A stretch of DNA of 63,882 nucleotides, filler included, from Octopus bimaculoides (Eukaryota): the NCBI RefSeq assembly GCF_001194135.2. It is 8 parts of 7 records of this genome, joined end to end, with 100 filler letters (N's around TTAATTAATTAA, not from the genome) between each part and the next. Parts side by side here need not be neighbours in the genome. Positions count along the whole stretch, not along the records: positions 27,675 to 39,554 come from NW_026408789.1; positions 39,655 to 51,694 come from NC_068998.1; 6 more parts are not named here. One strand, written 5' to 3'. The notes beneath the pieces were generated by a model, which did not search any database, was not told the origin of the DNA, and worked only from the letters and a program-made list of their open reading frames with translations. The position numbers and the translations under genes were made by a program. This document shows positions 27,575 through 40,087 of this stretch, piece by piece; position 1 is the first letter of the stretch; each line of letters opens with the position of its first letter.

Positions 27575-28039
27575 NNNNNNNNNNNNNNNNNNNNNNNNNN
27601 NNNNNNNNNNNNNNNNNNTTAATTAATTAANNNNNNNNNNNNNNNNNNNNNNNNNNNNNNNNNNNNNNNNNNNNTATATGCGAGTAAAAATAAATACAAA
27701 AAAAGGGGTTTTGTATGATTGTGTATAGAGGAATATATTATTTTGTTTAAAAGAGTTCCAACTCTGTCTGTTTTTTGTTTTATTTATATTCTTGTAAAAT
27801 TAATGTGGGATATGGAATATGGAATATATAAAATAAAAATGGATGGTACAATGAAATGAAGTATTGAATGTCTTATTGAATATATGGAATATGTCTTATT
27901 GAATAGATGAAATATTGAGTGTTCAATATAAAGGATTAAATATATAAAGGCGAATACGTATTTTCTATACCTTGTGGTATTACATCATGGCCGGTATGAC
28001 AAACTTTAACATATTAAAGGTAAAAAGTAAAGATTTCCT

Positions 28040-28350
28040 TCAGTCCCAAATGACCAAAGGGTTGCACCTAGAAAGTTCCCCTCTGAGGCCCAAGTCCAGG
28101 TAAAATTGTTTATGGAAGACCATCTGTCACCCATGCATACCAGCCTTCCTTCTCCATGCCACTGATGTCATCCAAGGGAAAGGCAAAGGGGCCGATACAA
28201 CTCGGCACCAGAGACGTTACAACTCATTTCTACAGCTGAGTGAACTGCAGCAACGTGAAATAAAGTGTCTTGCTCAAGAACACAACACACAACCCAGTCT
28301 GGGGAATTGAACTCACAATCTCACAATTGTAAGCCTGACAATCTAACCAT
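28040..28350 (-). mobile_element. tRNA-headed SINE family D (central gtgttcttgagcaagacactttatttcacgttgct..agttcac motif)
   Basis: A/B-box-like head on the minus strand. Related sequences at about 13003-13235 (+), 16278-16420 (+), 49380-49510 (-) and 63535-63660 (+). Confidence 0.65.
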
Positions 28351-28368
28351 TCAGCCATGTGCCTCTAT

Positions 28369-28410
<42 letters not shown>

Positions 28411-29480
28411 ATATAGATATATAAGGATAAGGGAAATTGTAGAAGGAACAAATCTAGGCAATCAATACAAATTCCAAAGTATAATTTAAAAGATACTATG
28501 AAATAAATCTACATATAAATAAATGAATAAAATTACATGTAAAAGTAACGAATATCATGTACGGCCACTATCAATTAGTGGTGTCATTGATATATTTTTC
28601 CTGACCTCAATGACGCCGCTGACGTGTGTGTGTCTATATAGAAATATATGCGTATATAGAAATATATATATATATATATGTGTTGAAATATATATATAGA
28701 ATATATGTACACACAGATTTATACAAGCAAATGTACACACACATGCACTCACATACATGTATACATATTGATGTGTATATACTGAACCATTACAAGACAA
28801 GAAAATTCCATTATTCTCCCATTAACTCCAACAGATGGTGCTACCTACCCCAGTCCCCCTTCTTCTCTGATGGCAGATGTTACCAACACTTAATCCACAA
28901 CAAACTGACTGAAAATCAGGACAAAACGAAAGAAAATAATTTTTGAGGACATTTTATTATTAAAATAAGGCAAAACTTTGAAGTTAGATTTCTTCCGTCC
29001 AACATTCTGATGAAAAAAATATCATTTAGAATCTAAATCTACAAAGTTTAAGCTTTGAAATGATGTACTCCATGTCATTTAGGAGAAAGTAGTCTGGGGA
29101 ATAAGCTGGGTGGGGAAGAACTTTGTAGCCAAGCTCCCTCAACTTCTGGGGTGTCATTAGTGAAACGTGTGGTCAAGCATTGACTTGAAGACTGATTGGA
29201 GCTCTTCTGCTGACCAGTCAGGGATGGAAGAGGAGCAGTTTTTCATTCATTTTGGCAATTTCATTGCAATATATTTCTGCAGAAATGGTTTTTCTGGGTT
29301 TTAAAAGGTATTAATGGATGAGTCCAGCAGTAACACCACCAGTCACCAGAAGCTTCTTTTTGAAGCAATAGAATAAGCATTACATTTGATAGAATAATCT
29401 GACTGCTGAAGGGTTAAGCAGCAGGAGTCGACTCTGATTAAGAGCTCATCTGAATGCCTTCTTTATGTCTTCTCTTGTAG

Positions 29481-29531
29481 TACGTACATTGTATGCAGTG
29501 CCAGGTGAGGTTTGCACTAATGAATCGACGG
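29481..29531 (+). CDS. ZFYVE21: ZFYVE21 (FYVE zinc finger + C-terminal PH-like domain), first visible exon
   Basis: cttgtag| and |gtaagt; YVHCMQCQVRFALMNRR carries the first CxxC of the FYVE finger (compare human CMQCDAKFDFLTRK). The upstream WxxD-containing exon was not found. Confidence 0.88.
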
Positions 29532-29705
29532 GTAAGTACAACGGTTTACATATTCATTCCTAACCTTTTCTATACCCGACATCCTTTGGAGATGTATTAG
29601 TTTTCAACCACCCACTGAAATATATTATCAGATGTGAAGACGAAAAACTCAGTTTTCTGATAATTAAGTTATTTTTAATTAATTGAACCAGTCTAAGTGG
29701 TTGAT

Positions 29706-29828
29706 GTTAGGGAAGGGCATCCAGCTGTAAAAATCTTGCCAGAACAATCACAGAAGTCTGGCTGGCTCTTGTGAAATTGTCCCACCCATGCTAGCATGGA
29801 AGGTGGACATTAAATGATGCTGAGGATG
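29706..29828 (+). mobile_element. RTE-like LINE 3' tail (ggaagggcatccagctgtaaaa...catgctagcatgg...(GAT)n)
   Basis: Related tails occur at about 30729-30866 (-), 33000-33140 (-) and 33480-33570 (+). The RTE attribution is from family recognition. Confidence 0.65.
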
Positions 29829-30238
29829 AATCACCTGCAGGTGTGTGGAGAAACAAGATTGAAATTTTAAAAATAAGAAACATTTAATATAGATTATGAA
29901 ATACAAATATGTGGCTGTGTGGTAAGAAGCTTACTTCCAAACCACATGGTTCTGGGTTCAGTCCCACTGTGTGGCACCTTAGGCTGATGTTCTATAGTTT
30001 CAGACTGACAAAAGCCTTGAGTGGATTTGGTAGATGGAAACTGAAAGAAGCCTATATATATGTGTGTGTGTGTGATGGACTCTCCTGTCAGTTTCGACGT
30101 ATGAGGCTCTGACAGTGTACTCTTTCTTCATTAGTCACAATGCTTATTTCGGATGTTTAATAAGAATATTAAATCAACCCCAGTATATCACTGCTATTTA
30201 ATTAATGCTAATGATCCTAACGTATCCTTTTGTTTCAG

Positions 30239-30407
30239 CACCATTGTCGTCGGTGTGGCCGGTTGTTCTGTAGTCGGTGCTGTGAAAACAAAGTGGCGTT
30301 GCCTCGTATGTGCTTTATCGACCCCGTGCGCATGTGCGGCAGCTGCACAAAGATTACCAAACAGGAGAACGATTTCTTTGACAAACACCTCAAAGTACTG
30401 CTGAATG
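30239..30407 (+). CDS. ZFYVE21: ZFYVE21 exon: FYVE domain core
   Basis: tttcag| and |gtaagt; HHCRRCGRLFCSRCCENKVALPRMCFIDPVRMCGSCTKITKQENDFFDKHLKVLLN. With the previous exon this gives the RRHHCR motif; RMCFxDPVRxC and DKxLKVLL are ZFYVE21-typical. Confidence 0.95.
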
Positions 30408-31108
30408 GTAAGTCATACAATTGTTTGTTGTTTCGTTTCTTTAACACAGCTGCTGACCCTGGTTGGAGTGGATGATCAAGTGGTCAGCATCCAGCAGGTT
30501 GTTGTCGGTCCCTCACAGTCCAGTGGGAGCAGTGGAACTTCATTAAATATTTAGTATTTCATTTTCTGAGGAAGCTGTTGTGCTCATGGTTAAAACTGAA
30601 GTTTATAGAGATGGCTGTGAGCTAAGAAGTTTGCTTCCTAACCACATGGTTTTAGGTTTACTGACACAGCATGGCACTTTGGGTTGACCAAATGCTTGTG
30701 AGTGAATTTGGTAGAAGGCATTCTCATCGTCATCATCATCATCAAATGCCTGCTCTCCATGGTGATATGAGTTGGATGGTTTGACAGGAGCAGGCCAGTA
30801 GAAGCCTACACCAGGCTTCTGTGTCTGTTTTGGTTTTTATGGCTGGATGCCCTTCCAAATGCCAACTACTTTACAGTGTAGACTTGTTTTTAATGAGGCT
30901 CCAGCACTGGCAGGGTCACCAAGACAAAAAAATCTTTGAGAAAATGTGTAAATATTTGGCTGCTTGTTTCTTTGGAGACTGTCAGAATGATGTAGATGCC
31001 TCTGATGAGAACCCCATAAGGTTTGAAAATCAATTAAGATTGATCATCATTTTTCAGTCTGCAGAGAAATGGCTAGAATTTGCCCTGTTTACAATTATAC
31101 CACATGTT

Positions 31109-31162
<54 letters not shown>

Positions 31163-31609
31163 NNNNNNNNNNNNNNNNNNNNNNNNNNNNNNNNNNNNNN
31201 NNNNNNNNNNNNNNNNNNNNNNNNNNNNNNNNNNNNNNNNNNNNNNNNNNNNNNNNNNNNNNNNNNNNNNNNNNNNNNNNNNNNNNNNNNNNNNNNNNNN
31301 NNNNNNNNNNNNNNNNNNNNNNNNNNNNNNNNNNNNNNNNNNNNNNNNNNNNNNNNNNNNNNNNNNNNNNNNNNNNNNNNNNNNNNNNNNNNNNNNNNNN
31401 NNNNNNNNNNNNNNNNNNNNNNNNNNNNNNNNNNNNNNNNNNNNNNNNNNNNNNNNNNNNNNNNNNNNNNNNNNNNNNNNNNNNNNNNNNNNNNNNNNNN
31501 NNNNNNNNNNNNNNNNNNNNNNNNNNNNNNNNNNNNNNNNNNNNNNNNNNNNNCAAGGATCTTTCATTGAAATACTTTACCCACAATGCTTCCCATTTCC
31601 TCGTTTCAG

Positions 31610-31697
31610 GCTGTGAGTTCTACGTGGTGGATGACATAAATTCTGAACCTTCGGACAATTCAACGATATTCTTCTGCAAACTGTCCACGGATCATCG
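31610..31697 (+). CDS. ZFYVE21: ZFYVE21 exon
   Basis: tttcag| and |gtaaga; phases 1 to 2 fit both neighbours; GCEFYVVDDINSEPSDNSTIFFCKLSTDHR (compare human GATFLV...MTCRLSNNQR). Confidence 0.88.
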
Positions 31698-31721
31698 GTA
31701 AGATGGAATACTGACACTACA

Positions 31722-31768
<47 letters not shown>

Positions 31769-31939
31769 GTGTGTGTGTGTACAGAAAGAGAGAGAGAAAG
31801 AGAGAGGGAGGGGAAAGACTAAACAGAAAATATGTTATATGCAAAGCTTTCTAGGATATATACATGTTTCTCCAAAATTCTGAAATAATTACATAACAAT
31901 GTAGAAACTTTGTGCAATCCACCTCATCAGTATCCTGCA

Positions 31940-31972
<33 letters not shown>

Positions 31973-32299
31973 TCTTTTATTTCCTGGGTGTGAAGGAAGA
32001 GACAGGTCCTCTTGGAGCAGTGACGTTGATCTCATTAATGTTCTTGTTGTAAGTCAATATCTGTGGGACAAGCTGAGCAGGGAGAGAATTTCAGAGGGAG
32101 ACAGGACTGAGCATAGTAAGTTGTGTGGGGCTTATGTTAGGAGTTGGACAGAAACAAGAAGAAGGAGGGAGGAGGAGGAAGAGTAGGTGAGTGGATTGGA
32201 ATGACATAGTGGAGATGATGTGAGGAAGAGGTGACCAAATTAGCAATGGTGGAGGATGTTCTGAAAGTATTGTTTCTAGAATAAGAATTGGATAGAGAG

Positions 32300-32720
32300 C
32301 TGTTATCTCTGTTGGCAACAAAAGGACTCTCTCTCGCGGAGTGAAAAGTAGATTGTATGATGCTTGTGTGTGAATGGCTATTCTCTATGGTTGTGAGACA
32401 TGGGCTCTGAATGCAGAAGACCTGTGTAGATGGGAGATGAATGAAGGCAGTATGTTCCATTGGATGTGCAACGTCAGTGTGCATGTACGACAAAGTGCAA
32501 ATGTGTTGAGAGAAAAGTGGGGCATAAGAGGAATCAGATGTAGCATGCGAGAGAGGAGACTTCGTTGGTTTGGATATGTGATGCGTATGAATGAAGACAG
32601 CTGTGTAAAGAAGTGCGTATTGCTTGAAGAAGATGGCACCTGTTGAAGAGAAAAACCCAAGAAGACATGGGATCGATCTCAGGATGCTGGGCCTTACAGA
32701 GATGATGACAACGGACCAAG
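32300..32720 (+). pseudogene. Degenerate RTE-like LINE ORF C-terminus in ZFYVE21 intron 3
   Basis: TLSRGVKSRLYDACV* AILYGCETWAL...MRERRLRWFGYVMRMNEDSCVKKC; typical RTE C-terminal LYG.ETW and RLRWFGH motifs, with stop codons. Confidence 0.85.
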
Positions 32721-33901
32721 ATGCCTGGCATTATGAGGTTCTTGAGAAGACCGACTCACTTCAGCGAAACTGAGTTCTGGAAGTACTGTGTGTTCCACCC
32801 ACATGTAAAAAATAAATTTTTCACACACCCTACCCCTACATCTCTTCCTCACGTTTTCTCTTTTTCATATACTATGCTTGTCTCTCACTCCCTAACCCTG
32901 TCCTCACTGCCCTGCTCATTGTATTATTGCTACCCTGTTGTTCCCCACCTCCTCTATATACCCAGGTTTCACCCAAGATTGTCTCCTCCTTTTCTTTTTG
33001 TCATCATCATCATCATCATCATCGTTTAACGTCCGCTTTCCATGCTAGCATGGGTTGGACGATTTGACTGAGGACTGGTGAAACCGGATGGCAACACCAG
33101 GCTCCAGTCTGATTTGGCAGAGTTTCTACAGCTGGATGCCCATGCGAAGTCCCTACTCCCTATTCATGCACCCTTGGTAATACTCTACCACCCCATTTAT
33201 ATTCTGATCCCTGTACCTTGAGGGTATGCCCTGGCACTTTGCCACCATCCCTCTTTCTCTCTCTCTCTCTCATTCTTGATTGCTCTCTCTCTCATTCTTG
33301 ATTTCTCTCTCTCTCTCCCTCTAATAGGGTAACCATGTATCTCCTCTGCAGCAAGGCACCTGGTTCTGTCCCTCTGTCACACTCTCTAACATCTTCAGCC
33401 CCTGACACAAGGTCACCTTCTCCAATGCCCCCCTCTCCTCTCAAAGGACCTTTGTCTTGTGAATTACTTGGTGAATTCACCAGTGCTGGTTGCCATGTAA
33501 AAAGCATCCAGTCCACACTGTAAAGTGGTTGGCACTTGGAAGGGCATCCTGCTGTAAAAGCCATGCCAAGACTGACCTAAAGGATGAAAGGCAAAGTTGA
33601 ACTTTGAATGTAAAGGGGCTAATTCTTCCAGCTCATCACCTTTATTATTATTATTAATGTGGCAAGATGGCAGAATCGTTAACATGCCGAGCGATGTGCT
33701 TAGCAGTATTCTGTTTGCCATTACGTTCTGAGTTCAAATAATGTCAAGGTTGATTTTACCTTTCGTCCTTTCAGGGTAATAAATAAAGTACCGGTGAAAG
33801 ACTGGGGTTGATGTAATCGACTAGTCCCCTCCCAGCAAATTTCAGGCCTTGTGCCTATAGTAGAAAGGATTATTATTATTATTATATGATGTTTGTTTCA
33901 G

Positions 33902-33999
33902 ATATTTGCTGTATGAAAGTGAGACGCAGGTCCGAGACTCTCTCCTCCTCTGCAAAGTGGATCGTGTCCAGGTTATCACCGAACCAAGCAGCCCCATCA
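33902..33999 (+). CDS. ZFYVE21: ZFYVE21 exon
   Basis: tttcag| and |gtaagt; phases 2 to 1 are consistent; YLLYESETQVRDSLLLCKVDRVQVITEPSSPI (compare human YLFLDG...ISTVQILTE). Confidence 0.87.
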
Positions 34000-34707
34000 G
34001 TAAGTCTTCCCTAAATTATATTTGATGCCTTGCCCTCCTTGTTTGACCCCTTGCATCCAATGTGAGAATTGGGGTTAGGGGGCTATCTGTTCTAACAGCA
34101 GTGAGTAATATTGATGCTGGTGGAGTGGTAGATCTTGTCTANNNNNNNNNNNNNNNNNNNNNNNNNNNNNNNNNNNNNNNNNNNNNNNNNNNNNNNNNNN
34201 NNNNNNNNNNNNNNNNNNNNNNNNNNNNNNNNNNNNNNNNNNNNNNNNNNNNNNNNNNNNNNNNNNNNNNNNNNNNNNNNNNNNNNNNNNNNNNNNNNNN
34301 NNNNNNNNNNNNNNNNNNNNNNNNNNNNNNNNNNNNNNNNNNNNNNNNNNNNNNNNNNNNNNNNNNNNNNNNNNNNNNNNNNNNNNNNNNNNNNNNNNNN
34401 NNNNNNNNNNNNNNNNNNNNNNNNNNNNNNNNNNNNNNNNNNNNNNNNNNNNNNNNNNNNNNNNNNNNNNNNNNNNNATATATAATTAAGATTCAGTTGA
34501 ATTAGGTACTTAAACTGAAGCACCAAGGCAGCTCGGTATAATCCCCACAGCTTGAAGTAAGGGGAATAAATCAAAATAAGAAAAAATTAAGATATCCTGT
34601 TGCTTATTTTGATCTATATATATATATATATGAGTAGAAATTAATATTAGCATACAAAGGATCCATTTAGTGGTCACTCCTCTTATGTATATATATATAT
34701 ATATATA

Positions 34708-34903
34708 CAGGAAAAATATAATCGTCACTGAGCATGATTATAGGTGTCAAGACACCTACATTGCTAGAAATAAGAGCTTAAATGATGCTCTTAATGTTGA
34801 AGGGAAAGCACATAAATGTATACATATATGCAGATAAGGGCTACAATTGCTCAAAATGCTGACTCGAGTCGGTGTTTTGGGCAATTGTAGCCCCTATCAC
34901 CAA

Positions 34904-34935
<32 letters not shown>

Positions 34936-35059
34936 ATACATATACATACATGTATGAGCTTTTCCTACAACATTAAGAGCATCATTTAAGCTCTTATTTC
35001 TAGCAATGTCGGTGTCTTGACACCCAAAGTCACGTTCAGTGACAATTATATTTTTCCTT
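34708..35059. mobile_element. Foldback MITE with ~120-bp inverted arms and an internal 66-bp palindrome
   Basis: Arms at about 34708-34830 and 34938-35059 share a long identical core (gggtgtcaagacacc/ggtgtcaagacacc...acattgctagaaataagagcttaaatgatgctcttaatgttg). TA flanks at 34706-34707 and 35060-35061. Inner palindrome 34833-34898. Confidence 0.85.
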
Positions 35060-35384
35060 TATGGTACCACATTGTGCATAGCTGTTTATATTAATTTGTG
35101 TGTGTGTGTGTATGTAGGTATGTAGAGTAGAAACAATGGATAGAGTATACTGGAAACTTTATTTATCACAATGATCATTTCACTTCATCCTGTATTACTC
35201 CTTTCTGGGTGGGGAAACTGTACAATGAATTATAGAGCATCCCAGTTTATTGGTATTTGATTGTTTGATGGAGTTAACCAAGTCTGATTAACACTAACTG
35301 CTTTCTAGATATCTGCCTGGATTTACTAATCCTTTTTGTCTCTTATTATATAATCTCTCACCCTTTATCTATCGATCTAGTATG

Positions 35385-35445
<61 letters not shown>

Positions 35446-35588
35446 TGCGTATGCATTATATGAATGTGGGAGGGGTAAAAAGCTTTTAACACCCATCTAA
35501 TTGTTTTCCCAACCAAATCCTAAATTTTAACTTTTCACACAAATTCCTTTTTTCTATTTTCCTATTGTTTCAAGTGGAAGAAGGTAAG

Positions 35589-35661
<73 letters not shown>

Positions 35662-37051
35662 GTTGTTGTTGTTGTTGTTACAGTAGGCACAAGCTTAAGG
35701 CCTGAAATTTTGTTGGTGGGTTTGGGGACGAGTTGATTGCATTAACTCTGGTACAAACTGTATCAACCCTGGAAGAATGAAAGACAAAGCCGTCTTTGGC
35801 AGGATTTGAACTCAAAATGTAAAAACAGAAAAGATGCTGCTAATCTCCACCCCTCCCCAGTATGCTAACGGACAGACAGAAATCCTTATAGGGGTTTTGT
35901 CTGTCTTTACATTCTGAGTTCAAATTGAACCTGAGGTTGCCTTTCATCTTTTGGGGTCAGTAGAATATGGACCAGTTGGACACTGGGATCGCTGTAATCG
36001 ACTTGCCCCCTCCCCTCAAATTTCAGGCCTTCTGCTTTTAGTAGATAGGATTGTTGTTGTTGTTGTTATCTGTGTTTGTTTTGCTTTAGTCAAAGCTTTT
36101 TGCATCTGTCCTTCTTGATGGTTTACCAATAAAAATACAGTGAAGCGTCAGCACAAGCATAGCAGTGTGGTTGTGAAGATGCTTTTGTTACCATATTTCT
36201 GTTGAGATGTTCTGTGTTGCTTTCAATTACTTTCAAATATAACAAAGAATTTAGTAAAATAACTTCGTTATCGTTAAGCTGGTGTGAGGAACATAAATTG
36301 TGACTAAGGTTTGGTGGAAGATTTTAATTCAGAACTTATGGAAACAAGACATTTGTACTACAGAGCCTGAGGTGGTTTCAGGGTTAAGCATCCTCTCTGC
36401 TGGTTTCCTGGCAAAACAGTAATGAACAGCACTTGTAGAAAAAGAAGATAAAATGCTAAAATTAGGCCACATATTATTATGTTGCAGCTTTGTGGTCGAG
36501 TGTGTTTGAGTCATTGTCAATGGTGTCCTCCACAGCTGTTCTTTACTCCTGTTTTTAACTGAAAAAAATAAGCAATTTTTGTGATGAACCCAGCACTTTG
36601 TCTTGTAAACGGGCAAGCCCTAGACACTTTATAGTTGAAGAAATTTTATTGATGGTATTTATTGTTTGGGTGAAGAGTTTACTCTTAGCCTAGCAATGAG
36701 TGTGATTCAGACAATGAAACTGGTGAAAAGGATGAAGAAAGGAGCCATTTGGCTGGACAAATACAACTCTAGAAGAGACAGCGCTTAGGAGATATTCTGA
36801 ATTTTTTAAAAATGATTTTATCCATTTGTTTTCATGCAATCATTACTGCAGCTGTGAATGCAACTATGTAATTTTTTTGGCTCAGAAGACCAAGGAGAGG
36901 GTAAAGTTAGGGGTTCCGGTCTGAAAGGGTTACTGGCAGAACAGGGGCTGAAAGAATCAGCCCCTGTTGAAATAAATAAACAGAATTGTTTTCGCCTCTT
37001 TTTATTCTGATATTGTCTGTCCCTCTTGTTTACCTATTTATTTCTTTTCAG

Positions 37052-37176
37052 AAAATGCTAATGTGAGGGGTCTGCTGTTAACTTATGACTCTGAAAGTGG
37101 GCAAACATTTGTCAAAATGATTATCCCATCATCGACCCATAAGCAGGGATTGAACTGGATAAGTGCTATGCAAAGG
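37052..37176 (+). CDS. ZFYVE21: ZFYVE21 exon
   Basis: ttttcag| and |gtttgt; KNANVRGLLLTYDSESGQTFVKMIIPSSTHKQGLNWISAMQR (compare human NARATGMFLQY...AWLVAMHK). Confidence 0.88.
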
Positions 37177-37317
37177 GTTTGTAAATTAATCAATCTATCT
37201 GCCTGTCTCTCTCTGTCTGTCTGTCTCTCTCTGTCTCTCTCTCTTTATCTCTGTCTATCAATCTCTTTCTATCAATCTCTGTCTATCAATCTCTGTCTAT
37301 CAATCTCTTTCTATCTA

Positions 37318-37353
<36 letters not shown>

Positions 37354-37649
37354 GATTTAGGTTATTCAACACAGTCGTAAAGTCATGAGTTCAACCGGTG
37401 TTGGTGTGCTTATGTCCCTGTAGGTTAACAGTTCTGCAAAAGAGACTGATAGAATAAGCAGCAGCCTTTAAAAACAGAAGTCCTGGGGCTGATTCATTTG
37501 AGTAGTGCCCCAACATGGCCACAGTCCAATGATTGAAACAAGTAAAAGATAAATGAAAAAGAGACATTCAATAATGTAGTCCAAGATATACTATGCCTGT
37601 CCTAATAGCATACACATTTATCTTCTTTTTTTTCTCTCTCGTTTTTCAG

Positions 37650-37691
37650 GCATTCCGACTTCTGTATGAGCATCGCAATCAGGACCAATGA
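37650..37691 (+). CDS. ZFYVE21: ZFYVE21 last coding exon
   Basis: ttttcag|; AFRLLYEHRNQDQ then TGA at 37689-37691 (compare human C-terminus AAKLLYESRDQ). Confidence 0.9.
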   Translation, partial: AFRLLYEHRNQDQ

Positions 37692-38596
37692 AGCTGATCC
37701 GGCGTCTGCCACTCCGTCTGTGACCCTCCCTTCTGTCATCGACGATTGTCATCACTCTTCATGTTCCCTTCATTTGCAAGAAACAACTGGTAAAATTCTC
37801 CCTCAAATTCCATTTGAATCATCTGAAACAAAGGAAGAGCACAAACAGTTATTTACTCCTAGATACACAATGACTGAAGCGCCTCTATGTGTTCACGAAA
37901 TGTGCTGGAAATAACAGCCTCAACCATCATTTTTTTTAAACAAAAAACGGGCCAAAACACATTGGATGATATAATCTTAGATAGACTGTGCCAAGGGGTG
38001 ATCATGGCTGGAATATCTTTGATCATAAGATTTACTGGATCAGGACTGGCCCGGGGCTAAACATCATCATCATCATCATCATCACTAACATCATCAATAC
38101 AACAAACAACATTTTCTTACCCCATGTTTTTTTGGTGGTGGAGAGGATTAGTCACAACTAGAACCCCCACCCCTTCCATCTGTCTACTCACTCCACCATC
38201 CCCTGCTTCTCCATCACACAAACCATCATCATCATCATCATCATATATTCTTATTAATCAATATTTTTGTTGCTGATTCATCAAATTCTCTTTGTTTCCT
38301 TGGCAAAAAAAAATGAGAAAATGCCAATTATGATTATTATTATTATTATTCTAATTATTATCATCATCATCATTATCATCAAAGGGGGTGAGCAGGCAGA
38401 ATCGTTAGCATATCGGGCAAAATACTTAGTGGCATTTCGTCCATCATTATGTTCTGAGTTCAAATTCCGCTGAGGTCGACTTTGCCTTTCATCCTTTCGG
38501 GGTTGATAAATGAAGTACCAGTTGCGTACTGGGGGTTGATGTAATCGACTTAATCCCTTCCCCCAAATTTGAGGCCTTGTGCCTTTAGAAGAAAGG

Positions 38597-38644
<48 letters not shown>

Positions 38645-39344
38645 GACAGTGAGCTGGCAGAATCATTAGAACACTCGGCAAAAATGCTTTGTGGTATTTC
38701 GTCCATCATTATGTTCTGAGTTCAAATCCCGCTGAGGTTGACTTCGCCTTTCATCCTTTCAGGGTCGATAAATTAAGTACCTGTGATACACTGGGGTTGA
38801 TGTAATCAACAAGACCCCATTCTGTCAAATTTCAGGTCTTGTGCCTATAGTAGAAAGGGTCGTTCTTATTATTATTGTTGTTGCTGCTGTTGTTGGGTTG
38901 TCTTTATTGCAATGCAACATTATGGGAGGTGCTATACCATGTGTGTGTGTGTGTGTATATATGTGTACATATATGCATGTATATGTGTGTTGTAGAGCAA
39001 AGAAATGTGTGAAGATAATCCCTGGGCCAAGATCTCTGGACCCTAATATCCCACAATGGGACTGGGAAGATGTGGAGCAGCCCATTTCCTCGGTTGTTGC
39101 CGTCCCCCCTATTAACTTTCAGAAGGTAAGTACTACTTTGTCATCAACATCAGCATCATCGTCACAACCACTACCACCACCACCACAACCACTATATATA
39201 TACATATATACATATATATATGTATATATATATATACACAACTGGCTTCTTATAGTTTTTTATGTCTTTATTGCCCACTCTCTGCTTCACACACACACAC
39301 ATACACACACAGTCACCCGTTCAATTACTTTACACACACACACA

Positions 39345-39554
39345 CAGGCGCACACACGCATTGACACAAACACACACTTGAACGCACGCATTCACACAAA
39401 CACGAATATGAACGCACGCATTCACACAAACACGAATATGAACGCACGCATTCACACAAACACACACATGAACGCACGCATTCACACAAACACGCATACA
39501 CACACATGAACGCATGCATTCACACATACACGAATATGAACGCACGCATTGACA
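39345..39554. repeat. 30-bp minisatellite (ttcacacaaacacgaatatgaacgcacgca), about 6-7 copies
   Basis: Period 30 is directly visible; derived from a (CA)n-like background; truncated by a spacer. Confidence 0.9.
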
Positions 39555-39654
39555 NNNNNNNNNNNNNNNNNNNNNNNNNNNNNNNNNNNNNNNNNNNNTT
39601 AATTAATTAANNNNNNNNNNNNNNNNNNNNNNNNNNNNNNNNNNNNNNNNNNNN

Positions 39655-39699
<45 letters not shown>

Positions 39700-39894
39700 C
39701 ATCTATGTATATGTAGGTTTGTGTGTATTTTTTCTGTGTGTGTGTATGCGCGTGAGTAGGTCCCTAACTTATATATGTGTGTGTTAGTTATAATAGTAAT
39801 AATCGTACTAACCAGAGTTACGACAACTAGTTTATTAACTTTGCCACCAGATGTCCTCTTGCTCCGGGATATTTGTCTTAATTAAAACACACTG

Positions 39895-39964
<70 letters not shown>

Positions 39965-40055
39965 CACCACCACCATCACCACCACTACAACAACTACTAT
40001 TACTACTACTACTACCCACCACCACCACCGCCACTGCTACTGCTGCTGCTGCTGT

Positions 40056-40087
<32 letters not shown>

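Noticed and set aside
27675-29480. Search for the ZFYVE21 first exon
   Set aside because: No frame resembling the expected ...PF.L.EP.W..D segment was found; it is probably beyond the spacer.
39345-39554. 30-bp periodic repeat as a CRISPR array
   Set aside because: No unique spacers, eukaryotic context and no cas genes; it is a minisatellite.
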